From Candidatus Micrarchaeia archaeon (GTDB lineage Archaea > Micrarchaeota > Micrarchaeia > Burarchaeales > JACRGF01): DNA of 64,000 bases. The notes beneath the pieces were generated by a model. It was not told the DNA's origin and searched no databases. It saw only the letters and a program-made list of their open reading frames with translations. The stretch spans positions 41,067-105,066 of the forward strand of contig JAWAFC010000002.1 in the NCBI GenBank assembly GCA_038890815.1, given 5' to 3'. The translations under genes and the position numbers were made by a program. Of the stretch, positions 9,078 to 16,362 are shown one piece after another (the stretch's first letter is position 1; every line of letters begins with the position of its first letter).

Positions 9078-9845
9078 GTGCGGCCTTTTGAAGTCGTGGC
9101 TGTGGCCTTTCTTGCAGCGCTCGCCGTGCTGCTGCAGCTTTACCGAGGTTTTTTCGGGGTACAGCTCACGAGCCTGATGTGGATTGATCTGGTCGGCGTG
9201 CCCGCGCTGCTGGCCTTTTTCCTTTTCGGGTTCGAGCACGCGCTGTACGTGAGCGTGCTGACCGCGCTGGCCGTGACCTTCGCCACGCCCGAATCCTGGC
9301 TCGGCGCGAGCGCGAAGTTTGCCGCCACAATGTGCATGCTCATTGTGCCAGCCACATACGCGCTGTATCGGAGGAATTTGGATGTGGGCATGATGGCGGC
9401 CATCCTCGTGGTCGGCACAGCCTACTCGCTGACCGCATTTGTGCTGTCGGGCGCGGTGAATCTGGCGAGCCAGGCATGGATAGAGATCACCGACCCACTT
9501 CTTCTCGGCGTGCTGCCCATACTCGCCATAGCGCTGTATGCCGTTGCGTTGCATGCCCTGTGGAGCAGGCAGAGAAGGATGTTGAGCGCGGATGAGTTCG
9601 CCGCCCCGAAAGTGCTTGCCCAGATGCTGGCCATCTCGCTCATCGTGCGAGGGCTGGTGATGATGGCTGTGTACTATTACTATGCCGGCCCACTGTTTCT
9701 CGGGCAGACAACCGAGGCGATAATGCGCGCGCTTCCCTGGGAGAGGATTTTCTTCTGGAGCGCTCTGCAGGGGAGCGTTGAGGCGCTGGTTGCCTGGGGC
9801 ATCGCCTTTCCGGCTGGTTTTCAGAAAAGATACGGAAGCTGGTGA
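9078..9845 (+). CDS. Integral membrane protein, unknown function (GTG start)
   Basis: 255 aa with 6-7 hydrophobic helices, coding-like composition, and no antisense competitor with homology. Confidence 0.45.
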   Translation: MRPFEVVAVAFLAALAVLLQLYRGFFGVQLTSLMWIDLVGVPALLAFFLFGFEHALYVSVLTALAVTFATPESWLGASAKFAATMCMLIVPATYALYRRNLDVGMMAAILVVGTAYSLTAFVLSGAVNLASQAWIEITDPLLLGVLPILAIALYAVALHALWSRQRRMLSADEFAAPKVLAQMLAISLIVRGLVMMAVYYYYAGPLFLGQTTEAIMRALPWERIFFWSALQGSVEALVAWGIAFPAGFQKRYGSW

Positions 9846-10520
9846 TCAGCGCCTGAGCACCCGCACGCCCCCTTCAGAGCCGATGATCGCCAGCGATGTC
9901 TTGCCCGCAAAAATTCCGTTCTCGAGCACGCCGGGAATGGCATTTATCTCTCTCTCAAGTTTGGCTGGATTGCGTATGATGCCAAAGCGCGCATCGAGCA
10001 GGAAATTGCCGTTGTCGGTGACAAAGCGCTCGCCTCGCTCGTTCAGCCTGTAATCCACCGATGCGCCCATGCGCCTGAGCGCGCGCGCGACCGCGCCGGC
10101 CGCAAAACGGATGACCTCCACGGCCACAACGCCATCCAGCCTTTTCACGAGCTTACGCTCATCGGCGATGACCACAAAACGCTTTGCCAGATAATCCACC
10201 ACCTTCTCCCTCGTCACGGCACCACCGCCAAGTCCCTTAAGCAGGTTGAGGTGTGGGTCAATCTGGTCGGCACCGTCCACGGCCAGATCTATCTGCTCGA
10301 CCTCCTCGAGCGTCACCACGCGTAGGCCGAGCCGGCGGGCGAGCTCCTCCGAGCGCAGCGAGGTCGCCACGCAACGCAGCCCCAGCTTCTCCTCCCTCTC
10401 CCTGGCGGCCACGGCCTCAATGAATCGCGCCGCTGTGCTTCCCGTGCCCAGGCCGAGCGCCATGCCTTCCCTGACCAGCTTGACGGCCTCGCGTGCCGCC
10501 ATCGCCTTTGCCTCCTCCAT
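9846..10520 (-). CDS. rpiA: Ribose-5-phosphate isomerase A
   Basis: 224 aa with GLGTGSTA and DGADQIDPHLNLLKGLGGGAVTREK, the canonical RpiA motifs. Confidence 0.85.
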   Translation of the reverse strand: MEEAKAMAAREAVKLVREGMALGLGTGSTAARFIEAVAAREREEKLGLRCVATSLRSEELARRLGLRVVTLEEVEQIDLAVDGADQIDPHLNLLKGLGGGAVTREKVVDYLAKRFVVIADERKLVKRLDGVVAVEVIRFAAGAVARALRRMGASVDYRLNERGERFVTDNGNFLLDARFGIIRNPAKLEREINAIPGVLENGIFAGKTSLAIIGSEGGVRVLRR

Positions 10521-11105
10521 CTATCCACCCCACAACCTGAAGAAAACCACGCAGGAGAGTGGCACGGTGATGTTGTCATCAAGATGCAAGTTAAAACTTT
10601 CCACGAGCGCGGCGAATGCTGCCAGCGCGAGCGGACCTTCCTCAGCGGGCAGGAAGAGCTGGATGAGCGAGGCCACGATGAAAAATGTCACCAGCCCCTC
10701 CCAGCTTTTGGTCGGGTTGTGCGGGAGAGGATGCCCTCCCTTGCCAAATATCGAGGCGAGGCCATCAGCAAAGGCGAGTATGAAAACGCCTGCGGCGATC
10801 TGCTGTGTGCTGTCCAGAAAAGAGAATAGTAGGAGGAGGCCCATGCCATACCAGAAGGCGCCATAGCCGGGTGGATGGCCCGGCCTCTCCACGAGGCGGA
10901 GGAGGGAGTCAAGCACCGGCGTGCGCTCTCCTTTCATGCTCCTATCCACAAGCCACACGCCGGCCATGAAGCCGAGCGACAGCAGCAGGAGGATGGGCGC
11001 CCTGCCCTCCTGGCCGCTGGCGGCAAGTAGCGCGAGCACGACCGCCCCCACGCCGATGTGCAGGAGCTTCCGCCTGAGCTCGAACGTTATCATCATCTCA
11101 CCCAT
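10521..11105 (-). CDS. CTP-dependent polyprenol/dolichol kinase-like membrane protein (SEC59/COG0170-like; CTP-transferase-1 superfamily)
   Basis: Start at MGEMMITFELRRKLLHIGVG (complement 11103-11105). It has the K-S/T-W-E-G motif (NPTKSWEG) of the CdsA/DolK family and a multi-pass TM profile. The long Arg/Cys-rich N-terminal extension in the track ORF is rejected. Confidence 0.5.
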   Translation of the reverse strand: MGEMMITFELRRKLLHIGVGAVVLALLAASGQEGRAPILLLLSLGFMAGVWLVDRSMKGERTPVLDSLLRLVERPGHPPGYGAFWYGMGLLLLFSFLDSTQQIAAGVFILAFADGLASIFGKGGHPLPHNPTKSWEGLVTFFIVASLIQLFLPAEEGPLALAAFAALVESFNLHLDDNITVPLSCVVFFRLWGG

Positions 11106-11593
11106 GCCTCGGTGATGCGCTCGGCAACCGCATAGCCAAGCACACCGACCACCATGCCGGCCACCACATCGCTGAGGAAATGCACGCCCAGATAGAGCCG
11201 CGAGAAAGCAGTGAAGAGCGCGAGCAGGTAGTAGGGCAGGAATGCGCCCGTGCCTATGGTGGCAGCAAGAAAGAAGAAAACGAGCACGGCATGGCCGCTC
11301 GGAAAGGAATAGTCTGGCGGGCGCGGACAGGAGACTTTCGGTACCACCGCATCGGGCAGGCTGGCATCGCACGGCCGCAGCTCGGCATAGGCGTTCTTCA
11401 GCGCGAGCGTGGCAAACAGCAACAACACAAGCCCAACGAAGATGGTGAGCAGGCGTCGCTTCTGAGAGAAAAATGGAATTGTGGCGATGAAAAGCAGCAG
11501 GGTGAGTGGATACACATGCTCGTGCACGAGGAGAGAAGGATAGGTGAGCAGCGGGTGATCGAGCGAGGCAAACCACGATGTCACTGCATCCAT
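11093..11593 (-). CDS. PAP2-family lipid phosphatase (polyprenyl-diphosphate / phosphatidate phosphatase-like)
   Basis: Start at MDAVTSWF. The PAP2 signature blocks KxxxxxxRP (KNAYAELRP), PSGH (FPSGHAV) and SRxxxxxHxxxD (SRLYLGVHFLSDV) are all present. Confidence 0.7.
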   Translation of the reverse strand: MDAVTSWFASLDHPLLTYPSLLVHEHVYPLTLLLFIATIPFFSQKRRLLTIFVGLVLLLFATLALKNAYAELRPCDASLPDAVVPKVSCPRPPDYSFPSGHAVLVFFFLAATIGTGAFLPYYLLALFTAFSRLYLGVHFLSDVVAGMVVGVLGYAVAERITEAWVR

Positions 11594-11654
11594 GCACAGG
11601 CTTTCCTGCCGAACGCATAAAAACATATTTTAAGGAGAATGGGGAGAGAAGCGC

Positions 11655-12605
11655 ATGCGATTGTTGGCGCTTTTTGTGCTGGCGTTGTCAGCGCTGTCCG
11701 TGCTCGCGGCCCAAGAGTTTGACGCTGTCGTTGTGGGCGTGAGCGGGGCGGCCACGCTCAGGGGCAGCGACGAGCTCAGCGTATACAATTGCAAGCTGCC
11801 CACGCAGGCGCCCCCCAGGATAGAGTTCGACATAGCCAGGCCTGCTCAGTGCGGCGAGGCATTTGTGGTGAATTATGAGAGGTATGACTTTGACCGCAGG
11901 CAGTTCGTGCCGGGAGGACAGCTGTGTATAGTGCCGCCCGCCGCCAACTGTAAGGCAACGGTGCCGATAAAGCTTGGCGGAAGCGGGCGGGGCGAGATTG
12001 AGCTCAAACTCCTCCGCCTCACCGCAACGTGCCAGGGCATCGAATATGCGAGGGAATTCACATTCAGAATAATCCACCAGCCCGATCCGGTCGAGCAGGG
12101 CGTGATGGCGAGCATGGCAGAGGCCAACGCCACAGCGGAGCGGGCGAGGGCTGTGCTGGCTGAGTGTGGCCAGTGCTGCGCCGGAGCTGGCGAGGGCGAG
12201 CTGGCAGCCGTGAGTTCCGCCCTCGCAAGGGCCGCGACCGCGCTCACGGCATGCGATATGGCGGATGCCACGAGCCAGGCGGGGTTGGCAGCACAGAGCG
12301 CGCAGGCCGCGCTGGCGCTCGCCGAAGCCAGGCTGGCCGATTGCCGTGCGAGTGGCGGCATCACCATCACGACACCGAACGTGACTGAGAATGTGACTGA
12401 GAATGTGAGCTGCGCCAACACCTGCCTTCCTGATGAGGAGCAGCTCCCTGACTGCTCATGCATCAAGAAGCCAATCAGCATCGTAGCCGGGAACATCACG
12501 GGGAATGCCACAGTCGCAAATGCCACCACGCCCCCAGCTCGGCCGAGGCCCTGCGGGCTGTTCGCCCTCCTCCTGCTGGCTTGCTTGGCAGTGCTGAGAG
12601 GATAG
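11655..12605 (+). CDS. Secreted Cys-rich putative glycoprotein with C-terminal hydrophobic anchor
   Basis: Signal peptide MRLLALFVLALSALSVLAAQEF, many Cys, tandem NVTENVTENVS sequons, and the C-terminus NITGNATVANATTPPARPRPCGLFALLLLACLAVLRG. Confidence 0.55.
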   Translation: MRLLALFVLALSALSVLAAQEFDAVVVGVSGAATLRGSDELSVYNCKLPTQAPPRIEFDIARPAQCGEAFVVNYERYDFDRRQFVPGGQLCIVPPAANCKATVPIKLGGSGRGEIELKLLRLTATCQGIEYAREFTFRIIHQPDPVEQGVMASMAEANATAERARAVLAECGQCCAGAGEGELAAVSSALARAATALTACDMADATSQAGLAAQSAQAALALAEARLADCRASGGITITTPNVTENVTENVSCANTCLPDEEQLPDCSCIKKPISIVAGNITGNATVANATTPPARPRPCGLFALLLLACLAVLRG

Positions 12606-12606
12606 C

Positions 12607-12909
12607 ATGGGCATACTCGATCTGTTGCTGGGCAAAAAGGAAACTACGAGAGGGCTGTGGTGTCTGCGCTGCAAGTCCTACATCCCTGAGGGAAGCGAGG
12701 AGTGCCCGCGCTGTCATGCCAAAGTCAGCGAGATGTTCAAAATAACCTGCCCGAACTGCAAGAAGGAGATCGCTTGGAATGCAAAGCTCTGTCCGCACTG
12801 TGGAAAGAGTTTCATCGAAACAGAGCAGACCTTCAGGTGCCCGGTATGCGGCTATGAGGCTGGATATAGGATGAACCAATGTCCTGTGTGCAACACGCCG
12901 TTAGTTTAG
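12607..12909 (+). CDS. Multi-zinc-ribbon (double zinc ribbon-like) protein
   Basis: 100 aa with four CxxC pairs (CLRC..CPRC, CPNC..CPHC, CPVC..CPVC). It starts 1 nt after the stop of the upstream secreted-protein gene. Confidence 0.55.
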   Translation: MGILDLLLGKKETTRGLWCLRCKSYIPEGSEECPRCHAKVSEMFKITCPNCKKEIAWNAKLCPHCGKSFIETEQTFRCPVCGYEAGYRMNQCPVCNTPLV

Positions 12910-13583
12910 CTCCCTTTCCTCAGATAAGTTCTGAAGAAATACAGCGAGGCGATGACTGTCGCCACGGCTGCGATGGTTATGGCGGGCGCTGCCATCTGGC
13001 TGAAGGACTCAAGCGCGAAGGCCACGGATTTTGGGGGCGCGCCGGCCACGGCCGTCTTGGCGCTCACCGCAAACGCGCTCGCCCTCTCCGAATCATTCTG
13101 TGCAAGCGCCAGCACAGCAAGCCTTACATAGCCCTCTGCTTCCTCCGTGTCGAGCCCCTGCCTGCTCGCTCTCACTATGCTGTCATTGGCCTCAGCGATG
13201 AGCCGGAGCGCCAGCGCGTGCTGTGAGGGTGAGGGAAGAGGCTTGGCATTGCCCACCTCAATCCTCTGGGGCTGGCCCGACTGCCGAGCGAAGCCATCGG
13301 CGCTGCAATCGCACTTCCATGTGTGATTGCCAGCGGACAGAAACACCGAGCGTGTGAAGGAGGGTGAGCGCACGTCGTAGGAAGAGGAGTCCACAACGAT
13401 GTCGCACTTCCCGCCCGGCACCGCCCCACCCGCATAGCGGTAGCTGCATGTGAGCGAAACCCAGCCCGGCGAAGGCAACGAGGATGGCACGGCCTGCTGG
13501 AACAGCGTCGTGGGCACGTCAACCGGGGCATGCTCTGCGAAGGACAGCGCGATGCACGCCAGCGCGAGCAGAATTTTCAGCAC
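12906..13583 (-). CDS. Secreted/membrane-anchored protein, unknown function
   Basis: Sec-type signal peptide MLKILLALACIALSFA, N-x-S/T sequons, and a single C-terminal TM helix followed by RKGS. Confidence 0.45.
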   Translation of the reverse strand: MLKILLALACIALSFAEHAPVDVPTTLFQQAVPSSLPSPGWVSLTCSYRYAGGAVPGGKCDIVVDSSSYDVRSPSFTRSVFLSAGNHTWKCDCSADGFARQSGQPQRIEVGNAKPLPSPSQHALALRLIAEANDSIVRASRQGLDTEEAEGYVRLAVLALAQNDSERASAFAVSAKTAVAGAPPKSVAFALESFSQMAAPAITIAAVATVIASLYFFRTYLRKGS

Positions 13584-13618
13584 GCTCGTTTTTTATTTGT
13601 CCCGCTTAAAAAATTTCG

Positions 13619-14109
13619 TGTTCGCGGGCATAGACCTGGCGGCGAAAGAGAAAAATCCTTCCGCAGCCTGCCTGCTGGGCAGGAGGGTGCAATGCGCCAC
13701 GCTCCACTCCGACAGGGAGATAATTGCATGGGCGGCGGCCGCAAGGCCCGCGCTCATCGCGCTTGATGCGCCGCTCTCTCTTCCAAGCAAAGGGAGCCTG
13801 CGGGAAGTTGAGAGGGAGTTGATCGCGCGCGGCCTGCGCGTTTTTCCAATTCGGGGGGCCATGCGCGCGCTGGCGAGAAGGGGGATGAGGCTGAGAAGAA
13901 AGCTCGCTGCCCTCGGCATACGGGTCATCGAGGTGCACCCGCGCTCCTCCCTGCTGGCACTCCGTCGACTCGGTCAAAACATCCGCTTTCCTGCGGCCTG
14001 CAGGAGCGAGCACGAGAGGGATGCCTGGCTGGCCGCACTCACGGCAAAGCTTTTTGCCAAAGGGAAGTGTGAGGTGATAGGCAGGGCATTCGCACTGCCC
14101 AGTGCCTAG
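13619..14109 (+). CDS. DUF429-like (RNase-H-fold, predicted nuclease) protein; start uncertain (GTG 13619 proposed)
   Basis: VFAGIDLAAKEKNPSAACLLG...IALDAPLSLP resembles the DUF429 N-terminal catalytic block. A TTTTATTTG/TTAAAAAA box at 13591-13613 directly precedes the GTG. The track ORF starting at 13450 overlaps a convergent gene. Confidence 0.4.
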
Positions 14110-14219
14110 GGCGAGATTTGAACTCGCGACTTCCAGATTTCCCGTCATCGCCCGGGGCTCGGCACTCACATCGCGTGCGATATGAGTCTGGCGCTCTAAC
14201 CAGGCTGAGCTACCTAGGC
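14103..14219 (-). tRNA. tRNA-Met (CAU), elongator-type (G1:C72), with ~41-nt intron at canonical 37/38 position. Could alternatively be tRNA-Ile2 (CAU).
   Basis: Hand-folded. Acceptor GCCUAGG/CCUAGGC with discriminator A; D arm GCUC-AGCCUGGUUAG-AGCG; anticodon stem CCAGA/UCUGG with loop CUCAUA+intron; T arm GCGAG-UUCAAAU-CUCGC. No encoded CCA. Confidence 0.75.
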
Positions 14220-14251
14220 AAAAAACAAGTTGGAATTAACAATAAATAAAC

Positions 14252-14662
14252 TCATCGCTCAAGGGCGAAGGATATCTGCTCGTATTCTCCGCCCGCGCGG
14301 GCGAGCAGGCGGGTGGTTGTGATTTTTCGCGTGGAGTGCGCCCCACACCCGAACTCGCGCGACCACATCCGCATGCTGACGCGGAGGCAGGCGCCCAGCC
14401 TATTCGCGATGCCGCTGAGCTTTGCCTCGGCCTCCGCCCATCTGCCGGCTGCAAGCTCATCGAAAACCCCTAACCCATGCGCCACTTCAATGGCATCATC
14501 GAGAAGCTGGCTGTCGTAGAGAAAGGCATGTCTCTGCGCGAGCGCGCCCTGGGTGAGCGAGAGAAATGGCATGAGGAGCACGATGGCCAGCAGGATGCTG
14601 AGCAGGGCCTCAAGCATGAGCGCAAAACCCCTATCCGCAAACGATGAGCGCATCGAGCTCAC
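14252..14662 (-). CDS. Prepilin-like protein with class III (type IV pilin) signal peptide
   Basis: N-terminus MSSMRSSFADRG|FALMLEALLSILLAIVLLMPF has a basic residue-Gly cleavage context followed by a hydrophobic helix. It is last in a tandem of four such genes. Confidence 0.5.
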   Translation of the reverse strand: MSSMRSSFADRGFALMLEALLSILLAIVLLMPFLSLTQGALAQRHAFLYDSQLLDDAIEVAHGLGVFDELAAGRWAEAEAKLSGIANRLGACLRVSMRMWSREFGCGAHSTRKITTTRLLARAGGEYEQISFALER

Positions 14663-15032
14663 CTGCGACGAGCACTATGCGGCGAATGCACCGGCCGCTT
14701 GCCCCACGCTGGCTCTCGAGGCTTGCGGTGACATTCAGGCGCGCCAGCTTTGCGCCGAATGCCGCCAGCTTGGCCTTATCGATCCTGTTGGGATGCACGA
14801 CCGGCGGCAGCATCTCGCTCTCAGCTGCCTCTGCCTTGACGAGGCGGTCGGCCACGGACAGCAGCAATGCCTCTCTCTCCCAATCCTGCACCGAGGCCGC
14901 CGAGCGCTCATAGAATAGGAAGAGAACGGCAGATACGATGTGGAGCAGCAACAGCACGGCTAGGCTGGCGAGCAGCGCGTCGCTGGCGAGCAGCGCGCCC
15001 TTAGACTTTCTGAAGGAAATATAAGCTCGCAT
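14631..15032 (-). CDS. Prepilin-like protein with class III signal peptide
   Basis: N-terminus MRAYISFRKSKG|ALLASDALLASLAVLLLLHIV; overlapping neighbours give an operon arrangement. Confidence 0.5.
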   Translation of the reverse strand: MRAYISFRKSKGALLASDALLASLAVLLLLHIVSAVLFLFYERSAASVQDWEREALLLSVADRLVKAEAAESEMLPPVVHPNRIDKAKLAAFGAKLARLNVTASLESQRGASGRCIRRIVLVAGELDALIVCG

Positions 15033-15324
15033 TCAGCGCACCCAGCACTTTCGTTGAGGCGGCCTTCCCCCTGACATAGCAGCTGACCTGGTCCACGGGT
15101 GTCGTGCAATTTCCGAGATCGAATGAATGCGAGAACTGGCGAGCATTTGTCGCCAGCGCATCCTGAATGGCAGCGCTGCGAATGGAGATTGCCTTCGCCT
15201 CGAGCGCGGCGTGCTTTTCCGAAAGGCTCCGCGCGCTCGCGCTCAGGCTGCTGATCAACAGGAAGAGGAAGGCCAGATAGGCGGCCAGCACGACCATCGC
15301 CTCGACCGAAGACTGCCCTCTCAA
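15001..15324 (-). CDS. Prepilin-like protein with class III signal peptide
   Basis: N-terminus MRG|QSSVEAMVVLAAYLAFLFLLISS, with Gln at +1 and Glu at +5, reminiscent of type IV pilins. Confidence 0.55.
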   Translation of the reverse strand: MRGQSSVEAMVVLAAYLAFLFLLISSLSASARSLSEKHAALEAKAISIRSAAIQDALATNARQFSHSFDLGNCTTPVDQVSCYVRGKAASTKVLGALNASLYFLQKV

Positions 15325-15782
15325 TAACTCACCACTACCCCCGCGGGGATGAAGGAGGTGAAATTTGCCTCTGGCGAGCGCAACACGATGATGATGTCGC
15401 TCATGAGCGTGAGGCGGCGCGCATGCGGCTCAGCCACGATGAGGCGTGCGCACGCCTCGAGCGGCACGCCCTCGGCACCGCACCACAGGCTCGCATTGAA
15501 GCCATGAAAATCGCCCTGAGTGAGCGTGTGCTCTAGCGAGCGGAGGCGCCAGGCGAGCGCAGCCGAGATGTCGTGGGAAGCCGACAACGCTCGTGCATCC
15601 TGCCGAATGCCATCGAGCAGCGCATGCTTGGCGTCCATCTCGGCGGCATGGGCGCGCTCGATGAGCAGTAGCTCCCACTCGGCAGAGCGCGCCATGCGCA
15701 CGTTATTGAGATAGCTGTGGGAGGCGGCGAGCAGCGCGCTCAGCGCGATGGCGACAAGGAGAAAACTGAAAAAACCTCTCAC
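15321..15782 (-). CDS. Prepilin-like protein with class III signal peptide (first gene of the tandem)
   Basis: N-terminus MRG|FFSFLLVAIALSALLAASHSY. An A/T-rich box (ggatataaaatg, 15800-15812) lies upstream. Confidence 0.5.
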   Translation of the reverse strand: MRGFFSFLLVAIALSALLAASHSYLNNVRMARSAEWELLLIERAHAAEMDAKHALLDGIRQDARALSASHDISAALAWRLRSLEHTLTQGDFHGFNASLWCGAEGVPLEACARLIVAEPHARRLTLMSDIIIVLRSPEANFTSFIPAGVVVSY

Positions 15783-15835
15783 GCAAAGCTAGGCGGGAAA
15801 GGATATAAAATGCTTGTGAGCCAAATTTACGAGGC

Positions 15836-15910
15836 AGCGGGGTAGGGTAGCCTGGAGTGCCCGCTGGGCTCATAACCCAGAGATCGGTGGTTCAAATCCA
15901 CTCCCCGCTA
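15836..15910 (+). tRNA. Initiator tRNA-Met (CAU)
   Basis: 75 nt, no intron. A1:U72 terminal pair and three consecutive G:C pairs (GGG/CCC) at the bottom of the anticodon stem, which are archaeal initiator hallmarks. T arm GGUGG-UUCAAAU-CCACU. Confidence 0.8.
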
Positions 15911-16351
15911 TCGTCTTTCTCTCTCCTCGAGCAGCGCGATGAGGCGGGCAAGTTGCTCGCTGTTCTTAGCGAGCAGCGCGGCGATGAGCCCTTCCTTGTC
16001 CTCTATCTTTCTGAGCGCGCGCCCGGCGCAAATCCTCACCCACTCTCGCTCATCCTCGAGCGCCAGAATGAGCGCGGCCACGCCTGCGGGCGCACGCAGC
16101 TCGCCGAGCAGATAACAGGCGGCCAGGCGCTCGCGCGGTCCGCCCGAGCGGATGAGCTCCTTGGCCACTTCCACCGAGGCTGGCGCGAGGCGGGCGAGCT
16201 TTCTCAGCGCGCGCTCCACTTCCGGCCTTTTTTCCCACCCTTCGCGCGGGGGGTCTTCTATGAAGGCGAGCAGCGAGCCGAAAATCACACGCGCCTTCTT
16301 GAACTTGCTCTCATCGAGCGCACGTTCGCCCTTGGCGGCAGCCAGCCGCAA
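15908..16351 (-). CDS. HEAT-repeat (PBS-lyase HEAT-like) protein
   Basis: 147 aa with repeated ...RxxAxxALGxxGxxxAVxALxxALxDE... units. It lies 12 nt downstream of the large membrane/coiled-coil gene. Confidence 0.55.
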   Translation of the reverse strand: MRLAAAKGERALDESKFKKARVIFGSLLAFIEDPPREGWEKRPEVERALRKLARLAPASVEVAKELIRSGGPRERLAACYLLGELRAPAGVAALILALEDEREWVRICAGRALRKIEDKEGLIAALLAKNSEQLARLIALLEERERR

Positions 16352-16362
16352 TTCCTCGGTTG

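Noticed and set aside
11106-11618. 171-codon N-terminal extension of the DolK-like ORF
   Set aside because: It completely overlaps the PAP2 gene in another frame, and is Arg/Cys/His-rich and non-hydrophobic. The family-typical start MGEMMITFELRRKLLH is at 11105.
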